64,000 nt of DNA from Eledone cirrhosa. Lineage: Eukaryota. Under the pieces are notes generated by a model. The model was not told the origin of the DNA and searched no databases. It saw only the letters and a program-made list of their open reading frames with translations. The DNA is taken from positions 33,604,001-33,668,000 of the forward strand of contig OZ024754.1 in the NCBI GenBank assembly GCA_964016885.1. Reading direction: 5' to 3'. Within the stretch, counting starts at the first letter, position 1. Each line of letters starts with the position of its first letter. Shown here piece by piece: positions 1 to 10,994 of this stretch. A program made the translations under genes and the position numbers.

Positions 1-275
1 GTTAAACGATGATGACATATATCATCATCATCATTTTACGTCTGCCTTTCCTTGCTTTTGTAGATGGTATAGGATAGAACAAAGGAGACACAAAATAAAA
101 ACCCAGTCACCGAGGAGGTCATAGAATGTGTGATGAAAGTGGTTTGACAATACATAAACAACCATCTAGTTATCGAACCAATCAACCCACCAGAAATTTA
201 TAATAAATTGAAGTGAAAACCAACAGATGTGTGTTTTTTTATTGGCAGTATGACCCTTCCAAAATATCACCTTTT

Positions 276-383
276 TTATTGGCAGTATGACCCTCCCAAA
301 ATATCACCTTGATCACCTTGACCGACCAGTCTGTCGGTCAAGGTGATCAAGGTGATATTTTGGAAGGGTCATACTGCCAATAA
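276..383. repeat. Near-perfect ~50-bp-stem hairpin, with a direct duplication of part of the left arm at 239-271
   Basis: ttattggcagtatgaccctcccaaaatatcaccttgatcaccttgaccgac-cagtct-gtcggtcaaggtgatcaaggtgatattttggaagggtcatactgccaataa. Confidence 0.9.
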
Positions 384-462
384 TGATTTCTCCCGCTGGT
401 CACAGCACATGCTGTTTTAGCCATACGATGACGCCATCCCACTGACTGGGCAGGCAGGCTGT

Positions 463-750
463 AAGTCTAAAATCTGTCTTAAGCCAGAAGGCTCATTTGG
501 CCGGTGCTTATCCCGGTTTCATGGCGTGAAAAGACTGAGAGTAAAAGACTCCGCCCCTGGACAGGACGCCAGTCCATCGCAGGGTTAAACCTCCAGTTAT
601 TGTTGGTACTCATTTTCAGCTGAGTAAACTAGAGCAACATGAAATAAAGTGTCTTGCTCAAGGAAACAACACATCACCCGGTCCAAGAATTGAACTCACA
701 ACCTTTCGATTGCAATCCTACTGCTCTAACCACTAAGCCATGCGCCTCCC
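463..750 (-). mobile_element. tRNA-headed CORE-type SINE with a GATGGACTGGCGTCCTGTCCAGGG-containing tail (type S3)
   Basis: Minus strand reads GGAGGCGCATGGCTTAGTGGTTAG (A box)...GAGTTCAATTC (B box)...CCTTGAGCAAGACACTT..CTCAGCTGAAAATGAG (CORE-like). Paralogs at 33962-34245 and 49132-49418. Confidence 0.85.
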
Positions 751-784
751 AAAAATATAACAATATATATATATATATATATAT

Positions 785-940
785 ATAAGATCAAAAGATG
801 GTTAAAAGAGTTCCATGTATTTTATTTCAAAAACAAATATCATCATGGGATGATATTTGCGTTCTCATCAGATAAAATAAGGAGACATGATATGAAGCTT
901 AAAAAACACTTGCGAGCAGTGAAGTGATAAATCAACATAC
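785..940 (-). mobile_element. Penelope/retrozyme-like non-coding element, family B, with stem III of the hammerhead deleted
   Basis: Reverse-complement paralog of 7928-8110. Reads TTTTAT-CTGATGA-long stem II-GAAAT, then jumps directly to AAAATAC. Flanked by (TA)n. Confidence 0.65.
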
Positions 941-954
941 ATATATATATATAT

Positions 955-1150
955 AAGTTTATCCCGGGTTCAATCTGGGGTAACCACAGTAATTAAGGTA
1001 CTCAATACAAAGCAGAGTATAGATATTTAATATAGAAAAGGTGTCTACAGGACTAGAACTGTTTCATTCGGGAGAAATCATCAGGAAGCTCTGATGCTTC
1101 CTGATGATTTCTCCCGAATGAAACAGTTCTAGTGCTGTAGAAGCCTTTTC

Positions 1151-1153
<3 letters not shown>
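955..1153. mobile_element. Penelope/retrozyme-like foldback element, family A
   Basis: Inverted arms 1031-1089 and 1096-1153, (TA)n on both sides. Paralogs near 2510, 26106-26495, 43327 and 47801. Confidence 0.75.
1096..1144 (+). ncRNA. Type I hammerhead ribozyme motif (family A)
   Basis: GCTTC CTGATGA T-TTC-TCCC-GAA-T GAAACAG TTCTAGTG CTGTA GAAGC. Stem III ACAG/CTGT, GUA triplet, stem I GCTTC/GAAGC. Confidence 0.75.
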
Positions 1154-1181
<28 letters not shown>

Positions 1182-1627
1182 GTGTGTGTCTGTGTGTGTG
1201 TGTAAAATGCAAACAGAAATAAGGAGTATAGAGTAAATACGATGACTCTTCAGACTTTAACTTTGGAAGGAAACATTACCTTTAGGTGTTTGTGATTTTC
1301 CATGCAACATATTATGGCTGCCGTCTCTGGTAAAATTATTGGCTAATCCATTATTATCAACATCATATTATCTTAAATCTTTTCTCTTTGTTTTCCTATT
1401 GTTTTGTTTTTTTCTTCTAAGTAGCTTAATACCGAAGAGGTCTATTAATTGAAGTCTGTTTTTGCATGTTCAATGGATGTTGCTCTGAAATTTCTGCTAT
1501 GCTATATAAGGCTTCTCTTTCTCATTTCCTTTATTCCATCTTTCCTGCATATCTTAGTTTGTTTTTTCTTTCCTATGAAATATATTTCAATATCTTTCAT
1601 TGGTACCAGTTTTATATATACACACAT

Positions 1628-1715
<88 letters not shown>

Positions 1716-2047
1716 ATACATATACACACACACACATCTTATCTGTTGTCAGCATTTATTGTGACGTCTCTTTTTTTTTTACCATAGATATTTTACATCA
1801 ACTAAACAGAAGGATTGCTTATGTGTTGTGTCAGGGACTCTATGATATAACTACCATAGTACCCATCAAAAATGATGGGGATTATAATAAATCATTTAAA
1901 TCAATTACAATAATTTTCTTCCATATTTTCTTTAATCATTATCAAACATATATGCATTAAATTATGATGATTTCTATTTATTTATCTATATATCTATATA
2001 GCTATCTCCAGACTAGATTTATGGTTTGTTGTTATTATTGTTGTTCA

Positions 2048-2240
2048 GGGCGGTGGATTGGCAGTATCGGTAGAGGGTCAGACACCATGCTTTCCAGCAT
2101 AGTTACGTCCCTTTACGATCTGAGTTCAAATCCCGCCGAGGTTGACTTTGCCTTTCATCCTTACGGGGTCGATAAAATAAAGTACCAGTAATGCACTGGG
2201 TAATTGCTGGCCTTGTGCCTAAAGTAGAAACAGTTATTAT
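2048..2240 (+). mobile_element. tRNA-headed SINE with Meta-like central domain (type S1)
   Basis: gggcggtggattggcag..gagttcaaatcccgccgaggttgactttgcctttcatccttacggggtcgataaaataaagtaccag. 16-bp TSD gttattattgttgttc at 2031-2046 and 2233-2248. Confidence 0.9.
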
Positions 2241-2543
2241 TGTTGTTCTTGCCAAAAAAAATCAATACATCTGTGATACAAAACAGACAGGTAGAGAGAT
2301 GAGTAGGTAGATAGGTAAACAAACCGGTAGGTAGATAGATTGATAATTATGTAAATAAATAGACAGACAGACAGACATATATATATATATAAACAAACAT
2401 AAATTATCGAGAATCGCATTTCGGACCACGAAATAACGAAAAACAACCTCGGAGATGTGTGGCAAGTGCTCAATGATTCAGATGAACCAGAAATGCGATT
2501 CTCGATAATTTCTGATGATTCCTGATGATTCTCGATAATTTCT

Positions 2544-2596
2544 GAGATTACTGATGATTTCTAATGAATGAAACAGTTCTAGTCCTGTAGAATCTC
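2544..2596 (+). ncRNA. Type I hammerhead motif (family A) within an element at ~2510-2680
   Basis: GAGATTA CTGATGA TTTCTAATGAAT GAAACAG TTCTAGTC CTGTA GAATCTC. The element runs into (TA)n at 2680. Confidence 0.7.
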
Positions 2597-2677
2597 ATCT
2601 ATATTAAAACTGTTATACTCTGCTATGTATTGAGTACCTTACTTACTGTGGTTACCTCCGATTCAACCCGGAATAAC

Positions 2678-2751
<74 letters not shown>

Positions 2752-2954
2752 ATTGTCCCAAGATAAATAGCTAGAGATAGTAACATTTGACCACTGATCT
2801 CCTTGTCAACACTAACAGAAAGAGAAAGTTAGGTGGGGACAAAGATAATGACCATTTCTCAATGGTTGGAAATGCATATTTCTTGTATAATGACCAGTGG
2901 TGGTCTAAGCACACTTTATTGTGTGTATGTGTATATGTAGCCATATATATATAT

Positions 2955-3087
2955 ATACAATATGTTGAAAAGGTAACACACCAGAGCGAGATATACAGTG
3001 CGTTATCAATAATTTTTTTTTTCCCTGTATTATTGATAACGCACTGTATATCTCTCTCTGGTGTGTTACCTTTTCAACATATTGTAT
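2955..3087. repeat. ~60-bp-arm palindrome between (TA)n tracts
   Basis: atacaatatgttgaaaaggtaacacaccagagcgagatatacagtgcgttatcaataat ... attattgataacgcactgtatatctctctctggtgtgttaccttttcaacatattgtat. Confidence 0.85.
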
Positions 3088-3235
3088 TTTAAAGAGCTCA
3101 GGATCTCTTCTCCTTTGATCACATTATTTACAGGGAATAGCGAGGGCCTATGCCTCCGTTAATTTATCGTGATATATATATATATATATATTAATTCAAA
3201 TATTAACAAAATAGATATTCTTGTGATCAATTAAA

Positions 3236-3298
3236 TTTTATTATACATATTTCAGAGGTACTGAATTAAGTTCAACAGTACGTCCTCATCAGATAAAA
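3236..3298 (-). ncRNA. Type I hammerhead motif (family C) in an element at ~3190-3370
   Basis: Minus strand: TTTTAT CTGATGA GGACGTACTG..CAGTACCTCT GAAAT ATGT ATA ATAAAA. Paralog at 43957-44019. Confidence 0.75.
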
Positions 3299-3365
3299 TA
3301 AAATGATACATGACATACCCTGACATGTTTAGATGGTTAAGATTTAATCAAGGTAGTTTAACTCG

Positions 3366-3409
<44 letters not shown>

Positions 3410-3591
3410 TATATGAAAAGATTCAGGACCCCGACGGCTGAGCTCCAGCCATTTCGACAGCTAGATCTGTGTTTTATATATATATATATCGAGGGAGTGT
3501 AACGGGAAGTTACTGTAGGTTCACCCAGGTGAGCACTCGATGTTTAGGTTCACGTCAGTGACAAGATGTAGAGCTAGACAGATTGTAATAT

Positions 3592-3780
3592 AATAATTGT
3601 TTCTACTTTAGGCACAAGGCCAGCAATTACTCAGTACATTACTGGTACTTTATTTTATCGACCCCGTAAGGATGAAAGGCAAAGTCAACCTCGGCGGGAT
3701 TTGAACTCAGATCGTAAAGGGACGTAACTATGCTGGAAAACATGGCGTCCGACCCTTCACTGATACTGCCAATCCACCGT
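3592..3780 (-). mobile_element. SINE type S1
   Basis: Reverse complement of 2048-2240. Confidence 0.9.
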
Positions 3781-3810
3781 TTGAGTGTAATATAATAATA
3801 TAATAATACA

Positions 3811-4017
3811 AGGATGATTTGTTAAGCCTTCATTACGTTTAATTGGTGGCGTGCGTTTCGCTATTGATCAGCTCAAGGTAGGATCTGTATTGACCTGGCC
3901 CGACTCTGGAATCAATTCCAGAGTCAGGCCAGATCGATACAGATCAAACCTTGAGCTGATCAATAGCGAAATGCGCGCCACCAATTAAACGTAATGAAGG
4001 CTTAACAAATCGTCCTA
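3811..4017. repeat. ~100-bp-arm palindrome carrying a degenerate hammerhead 3' half
   Basis: aggatgatttgttaagccttcattacg...ggaatcaattcc...cgtaatgaaggcttaacaaatcgtcct. Arms contain TGA-GCT-GATCAAT-AGC-GAAA(C/T)GC(A/G)CGCC. Confidence 0.8.
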
Positions 4018-4344
4018 AAAGTAGAAACAATTATTATATATATATATCTCGAACATGGAACCTCGTTCTTCCCCCAACTCTCACATTCATATCCACACAC
4101 ACTCACACACACGTACACCTACACACATACACACACACCACCTTCAGCCCTCCCCGCTCGAACTCCCCATCTCCCTCTCCCGTCTCCACTCCCTCCACCC
4201 ACCATCACCCCTACACGAAACATTACAGACCCATAACATGTCTTTCAAAAACTTATAAACTTTTAACTTCAATCCTCACAGAAACAATGTACAGACATCT
4301 AGTAAACAATAGCATATTTCCTAATGAACAGAACGGCTGTAAGT

Positions 4345-5079
4345 CAGGGGTTCTCAAAGTGGCGCAGTACCCCTCGGGGGGGGGGGGGGAAGATCCGGGG
4401 TACTGGAACCTAAGGGGCCAATGGGGGCCTGTAGAGATGATATAATAGTATATTAAATAGCAAATGATACATATTATATAGAAATATAGTAAAATAAAAA
4501 ATATATAATATCTATTTATACATAGTATATATTATAGTATATGGAGGTGCATGGCTTAGTGGTTAGAGCATTGGCCTTGCAATCGAAAGATTGTGAGTTC
4601 AATTCTCAGACTGGGTGATGTGTTGTTTCCTTGAGCAAGACACTTTATTTCACATTGCTCCAGTTTAGTCAGCTGTAGAAATGAGATGATAGGGACTCGG
4701 GTCTCTATCATTCCACTGCAAAGTGGTTGTGGAGGTGTCACGACAAAAAAAGCACCTAGCCCACACTGTAAAGTGGATGTGGAGGTGTCACGGCAAAAAT
4801 GCACCCAGCCCACGCTGTAAATGAGGTTGGTGTTAGGAAGGGCATCCAGCTGTAGAAATCAAGCCAGAATCAGTTCCCGTCCCACCCTTGCAAGTAGGGA
4901 AAAGCGGACGTAAAATGATGAGGATGATATTATTTATAAATTAACAATTTTATTTATTATTTATATATTATTTACAATTTGCATGTATGCAGGTCTTTCT
5001 GGAAATAGGGGTGGGGGTGCTGAGGGTATTACATGGCTGTGAGGGTGGGGTGGGGGCCCCAAAAGTTTGAGAACCTCTG
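4345..5079. mobile_element. hAT (Charlie-like) MITE containing a SINE
   Basis: TIRs CAGGGGTTCTCAAA / TTTGAGAACCTCTG. 8-bp TSD ctgtaagt at 4337-4344 and 5080-5087. Confidence 0.9.
4542..4928 (+). mobile_element. CORE-type SINE with RTE-derived tail (type S2)
   Basis: tRNA-like head, ccttgagcaagacactt..cagctgtagaaatgag core, tail cccacccttgcaag..gggaaaagcggacgtaaaa(tga)n. Confidence 0.9.
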
Positions 5080-5129
5080 CTGTAAGTGAAATACATATGG
5101 CTGTAAAGATCAGCTTCTTATAAATAAAA

Positions 5130-5465
5130 GTGCCTTGATCGCGCCTACACTCGCTTGCTTCGACACATTCAGAACATAAGCTAGCGGCATCTGACTTTGA
5201 GAGAGATATATGTCGGCCTCCTACACATATCTGTCATTACACATAAAAGGAGAATAAGATTTGCTGGCCACTGCCATTGTGCCACCTATGAGGCTGTGTC
5301 CTCATTAGTGCTTTGGAAACCACAAACAGTCACTAATAACAGGGGGTGCAAGCTCTCCTATCCTGATGTCAAATCCAGGATTTAGCAGCGGTAATGAACG
5401 ACAGACCCACGTGGAGATCAATTGTTGAGTCGATTTGGACTGAGGCCACTTGATGATGATGATGA
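5130..5465 (+). mobile_element. 5'-truncated RTE-clade LINE 3' end
   Basis: RRIRFAGHCH...SSLVLWKP peptide, (tga)n tail, TSD taaataaaa at 5121-5129 and 5466-5474. Confidence 0.85.
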
Positions 5466-5831
5466 TAAATAAAATGTCTCTTGAGAATTTACATCTAGAA
5501 AGCAGAACCTAAGCACCGTGTTGATAGACTGTCAGGAAGCATTTGATAGAATTCCATACAAATGGATATTGAAAGCATTAGAAATCTATGAAATACCTCC
5601 AGACGTAATTGAATTTCTGAAACATAGCATGAACCTGTGGAGCACAAATATCATCTTCAACCTTAGCATTGGATCTTTTACCTTTAGTGATTTAGCTATT
5701 AACTATAAAACAATCGAAATTTTGACTTAGTTTTATTGATTTATTATTTAGCACTCTATGTCAAGAGTTACAAACTCATTTCCATACATAAGGTCTCTTT
5801 ATGTTGTACAGCTTCATTCATTGATAGATTA

Positions 5832-5883
<52 letters not shown>

Positions 5884-5901
5884 CACATTATATATATATT
5901 A

Positions 5902-6358
5902 TGGAGGCACATGGCTTAGTGGTTAGAACATTGGCCTTGGAATCAAAAGGTTGTGAGTTCAATTCTCAGACAGGGTGATGTGTTGTTTCCTTGAGCAAGA
6001 CACTTTATTTCACATTGCTCCAGTTTACTCAACTGTAGAAATGAGATGATAGGGACTGGGTTCCCTATCATTCCACTGAAAAGTGGACGTGTAGGTGCCA
6101 CGGCAAAAAAAGCACCCAGCACTCACTGTAAATGAGGTTGGTGTTAGGAAGGGCATCCAGCTGTAGAAATCAAGCCAGAATCAGTTCCCGTCCCACCCTT
6201 GCAAGCAGGGAAAAGCGGACGTAAAATGATGATGATGATGATATATACACACATTATGGGGTTAACTTTACCTTTCACCCTTACGGGGTCGATAAAATAA
6301 AGTACCAGTAATGCACTGGGGTAATTGCTGGCCTTGTGCCAAAAAGTAGAAACAATTA
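5902..6358 (+). mobile_element. SINE S2 (5902-6240) followed by the 3' half of SINE S1 (6258-6358)
   Basis: Matches 4542-4928 and 2048-2240. Confidence 0.9.
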
Positions 6359-6522
6359 TACATATATATATTTGCAAAAGCAAGGTTTTTTATATGAAAT
6401 CGTGTGTTGAAACAAATATTGTTATATTTGTGGAGGGTCATATTGTTATAATATTGCCAGAAATAATAATAAAACACACTCACTGTTTAGTTTGGATTGG
6501 TTTTCGCTTCTGTATCTATCTA

Positions 6523-6560
<38 letters not shown>

Positions 6561-6565
<5 letters not shown>

Positions 6566-7158
6566 AGAAGCAAAAAATTGCTTATTGTGATCCAGTTTTT
6601 GGTTAAGAAAGCCAGTTTCATAGATGGTTTCAACTTACGGTTAGGGGTAACTCCACAAGTTTGTAAGAATTCCGTTCAATCTTGGAGTATAAAGTATAAA
6701 AGAGAAAACACAGGTAAGCATTAAGAGAAGGATTTTCTCCAGGTATTTACGACTGTTTCATTGGTAAGTGCAACCTTATATTGCTATACTGCAAATAGCA
6801 GCTACTCAATTATAATTGTTGTTCACAGTCCAAATTTTCAAAATAGTAAGTTACTCTTGAAATAATTCTTAATATATAGAGAAAAACATTTATTTGGAAT
6901 TGTATTTACTAGTATAGAGAGAGAGAGGAATCAGGAGGTGAGGGGACAGATGGAATGGTATAGAGAGAGAGGAAGGGGAAGAGGTAGGAAGTAGAATGAC
7001 AAACTGAGTTGGAGGGAGGGGTAGAGGTGGAAGGATTCCTTGGTCAGTTTTGATAGCAGACTTCATGTCGTGGAATGTAGTGAGTTAAAGAGAATTAAAT
7101 TGATCATAGTGGGAGGGATGGATAGAGAGGGAGAGAGAGAGGGGGGAGATATAAAGAG

Positions 7159-7212
<54 letters not shown>

Positions 7213-7811
7213 ATAAAGATAATAATGACAAAAATAAAAGCAAAGAAGGGGGTGAGAAAGAAGAAAAGAAAAGATAGCCAAGAAGGGGAGGGAAGGAAGG
7301 AAGAAGACGAAGAAATAGAAGAGGAATGAGGGAGAAGAGGGGGATATATGTATTGGTTTTGTGGGTAATTAAAGGGTTTAGATACAACAAGAGGGTATAA
7401 AGTCTAAGTATATGCAGTTTGTCAGTTGGTAGTAAGAGGTTAAGGGTTCGATTTGTAGTGAGAAAACTTCTCTTTGAGTCTATGGTTAGTCAAGTCTTAG
7501 TTTGTCATTCTACTTCCTACCTCTTCCCCTTTCCTCTCTCTCTATACCATTCCATCTGTCCCCTCACCTCCTGATTCCTCTCTCTCTCTATACTAGTAAA
7601 TACAATTCCAAATAAATGTTTTTCTCTATATATTAAGAATTATTTCAAGAGTAACTTACTATTTTGAAAATTTGGACTGTGAACAACAATTATAATTGAG
7701 TGGCTGCTATTTGCAGTATAGCAATATAAGGTTGCACTTACCAATGAAACGGTCGTAAATACCTGGATAAAATCCTTCTCTTAATGCTTACCTGTGTTTT
7801 CTCTTTTATAC
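6561..7811. mobile_element. Penelope-like tail-to-tail insertion with ~310-bp inverted arms (6694-7005 / 7499-7811)
   Basis: Arms are near-identical reverse complements, both ends abut (TA)n, the spacer is purine-rich, and a GAAAC-GGTC-GTA half-motif lies near 7746. Confidence 0.65.
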
Positions 7812-8006
7812 TATATATATATATATATATACTATAATGTAGGAGGTGAGTTTTATTGTAGTACAATAAAGCAATGCAGATATCGGATAAGAAGCACTCT
7901 ACAGTTTGTGGGACTGGAGTATGCATAATATAAGATCAAAAGATGGTTGATTTAAAACTGCACTATCAACAAGTGTTTTTTTTAGCCTTCATATCATGTT
8001 CTCCTG

Positions 8007-8073
8007 TTTTATCTGATGAAAACACAAATATTATTGCTTGATGATGTTTGTTTTTGAAATGAGCATAATAAAA
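8007..8073 (+). ncRNA. Type I hammerhead motif (family B) in an element at 7928-8110 with inverted ends tataagatcaaaagatggtt
   Basis: TTTTAT CTGATGA aaacacaaatattatt-gctt-gatgatgtttgttttt GAAAT GAGC ATA ATAAAA. Confidence 0.65.
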
Positions 8074-8124
8074 TATATGGAACTCCTTTAACCATCTTTT
8101 GATCTTATATTATATATACTATAT

Positions 8125-8400
8125 CATCATCATCATCATCATCACCGTTTTACGTCCGTTCTTCCACGCTAGCATGGGTTAGACGGGTTGTCCTGTTGTG
8201 GGCAGTGTCTGGTCGGCTGACCATGCCTTGCTCATACAGGAACTGATCTGGCTTGATTTCTACAGCTGGATGCCCTTCCTAACACCAACCTCATTTACAG
8301 TGAGTGCTGGGTGCTTTTTCGTGGCGCCTACACGTCCACTTTACAGTGTGGGCTGGGTGCTTTTTTGCCGTGGCACCTCCACGACCACCTTGCGGTGGGG
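8125..8400 (-). mobile_element. SINE S2-related 3' fragment with (cat)n tail
   Basis: gcttgatttctacagctggatgcccttcctaacaccaacctcatttacagtg is the reverse complement of the S2 body. Confidence 0.75.
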
Positions 8401-8637
8401 GGGGGGGGGGGGCATATTGTTTATATGCTTCAGCATGTACCCATGGGAGGTCGGGTACCCTGTATTACTGCGTGACGCCAGAAGTCACGGTCGTGTGTCA
8501 TTGACTTTGAGAGGTGTAGTTGGGTAAGGTCGGCTTTTATCACCTCATCCCAAGTCATCTTGGGTCTCCCCACTCCGCGGTTTCCATCAACTTCTATATA
8601 TATATACATACATAGGTTATGATGTATATATATATAC

Positions 8638-8670
<33 letters not shown>

Positions 8671-8749
8671 ATATATATACATAGGTTATGATGTATATAT
8701 GTGTGTGTGTGTATGTGTGTGACTGTTTATGTTTGTGTCTGTCTGTGTG

Positions 8750-9064
8750 CAGGGCCAGATTTAATGGGGAGCAAACAGCGCAATTGCTCCAGGCTCTCGG
8801 CAGTGGGGGCCACACTAGTGATGGCCATAGCAATTTATTTGTGCCCTCAACTGGGGTTTTTAGTTTTAGGATGGTTAGAGATTTTCAATTTAACACCTGT
8901 ATGAATAACTATTCAATTCAAATTACTTGTACCAAGCTAACTTTGAGATGTAAAATTAGGGGTTGCTGTGTATTCTAATTTTTTGTGAATGAGGGGACCC
9001 CCCTCCCCCCACAAAAAAAAAACCTAAAGTGCCAAATGCCCTCCAAAGTCTAAATCCAACCCTG
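8750..9064. mobile_element. hAT-type MITE
   Basis: TIRs CAGGGCCAGATTTA / TAAATCCAACCCTG, with 8-bp TSD tctgtgtg on both sides. Confidence 0.85.
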
Positions 9065-10337
9065 TCTGTGTGACTCATAACTTAAGAGCTCACCAAAAAA
9101 TAACATTAATAAGAACCAGACTTGATAAAGTAAGTAATGGGGTTGATATGTTCAACTAAATCACAGCAATGCCCCAACACGACAGAAGAAATCTATTCTC
9201 TGCAGAAAGTAAAAGAATGAAAGAAATGGAAAGTATTTTATTCTCTCTTAGACCTAAAATATCAGCTCTCTCTTCTCCCAAGGACATATTGGGTCGTCCA
9301 GTATGAAATTTGTAGTGAGGCATATGGTCATATGTTTTTTTTTCTACAAATTTCATACTTGACAACCCAATAGAACCATGTGGAAATTCATTCACAAATG
9401 GCACTGTATAATTTTAGCCTACACTGACCAAGACCAGCCCCATGTTTTCTCAGACTTTGGTTTTCACTCATTCTTCTTTGCTGTCCACCACTCTATTAGA
9501 ATGATAAATTACTTCTTTTACAACTTCAACTGATAAATCTCTAATGTTATTGCATCGCACTAGTGGCCTATCTAATGTATAGCTTTAAATCGATTTAGCA
9601 CAAATTCCTTTATCTCTTTCGTGAATATACGTAGAGACTAGAATATTGATACCAATTTCTTCAGTTCGATCTTTATATTTGATTCCACAAGAATATAGAT
9701 TCTGTATAACAATCTGCTTCAGTGGAGAGAGGGTTAACACAATGTATGCATAATATAATATTGCGTTTGCTATAATGTAATATGAATATTTTTACTACAT
9801 CATCTGTAATTTCCCAAGACTAGTGGTTGTAGGAGCGTCCAATTCATTCTACTAAAACTATACGTTGCTGTCAAAACTATGTTACATCCATTATTTAGAA
9901 TCAGAGAAGAGACGTGAGTCTTCCTATGTCACTTCCTGACCGTCAAAGTGGAATCATTCATCATTTTCTACAGTCTCTTCTTTATGTGGCAAGCATGTAC
10001 CATTGAATTACAAGATGGTACTGTGTAATTTGATTTGAATGTGATGGAGATTTGGCTGCTATTTCTAGCAGGTATAGTGATCAGATAGAGACTTTTGCTA
10101 CATTATTGTTGTTGCTGGACCTCCATCAGCTCCGGCAATCACCATTTCAGTTGTCCAAACAATGGAACAGCCAGTTCATAAGATTAACAAGAAAATAACT
10201 GAGCATTCAACAGACAACTATGCTCTTAATGTAGTTTTCAGGGAGATTAGGAGTAATACAGTGTGTGACAGCTCATCTTTTCTTACTCAGTGGACTATCT
10301 ATCTACTATCTACGGCCGAGTTTACACTTGCAAACAT

Positions 10338-10870
10338 TCAGCATGCTTTCTCCAATCGTCCCAGTCGAGCATGACATTTCTCAGTTCGTCGATTGTTATC
10401 AATGTTGGCATCTCTCAACAGGGTATCAATGAATGAGACGGCCTGTGTTTCCCTACTTCTTTGTCCGACCGTCAGTTTCCAGAGCACAAGTTGTGATGCT
10501 ATCTCTTCTGGATGATGGATGCAGTGTCCCGCCAGTTTCATTCGCCTGCAGCCAACCTATTTTGAGACCGGTGGTAGTGATCTGTATACTTCCTTATTTA
10601 TCAGCTTCTGTTTCCAAGAAATGTTGAGAGCCATTCTCAACATCCTCGTGCAACATCCGTCAAGTCTCTTGCATAGCACTTTGTCAATAGTCCACGTTTC
10701 ACTGCCGTAAAACAGGACGGACTCAACAGTTACTAGGAAGAGGCGATCCTTGATTTTGCGGTTTAGGTCGGACTTCCACACCTTCAGAAGCTTGTGGCAT
10801 GCCGACCATGCTAGTGCTTTTCTAACTTCAAAGTCCTTGCGTGAGCTGTGCACCCATGCACCAAGATACT
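10338..10870 (-). mobile_element. RTE-clade LINE RT C-terminal fragment (frameshifted)
   Basis: RKALAWSACHKLLKVWKSDL..VESVLFYGSETWT..LDGCCTRMLRMALNISW; KLAGHCIHHPEE. Confidence 0.9.
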
Positions 10871-10994
10871 AGACTAGAGCAACATAAAGTAAAGTGTCTT
10901 GCTCAAGGACACAACACATCAGCACCAGGTATTGATATAATGATCTTACAATTGTAAGCTGAAAATCCTTAAATCTATGTCATGCACTTTCACT

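Larger units (their letters stand above)
4224..5730 (+). mobile_element. Degenerate R4/Dong-like non-LTR retrotransposon RT fragment, split by two insertions
   Basis: YRPITCLSKTYKLLTSILTETMYRHLVNNSIFPNEQNGCK (4224-4343) / NTYGCKDQLLINK (5090-5128) / IDCQEAFDRIPYKWILKALEIYEIPP (5521 onward). Confidence 0.8.

Noticed and set aside
1449-1960. [12 protein letters not shown] ORFs here and throughout the window
   Set aside because: (TA)n and (CA)n microsatellite translations.
5902-5975. tRNA genes
   Set aside because: A and B boxes are present, but they are SINE heads continuing into CORE or Meta-like domains, with no complete cloverleaf or terminator.
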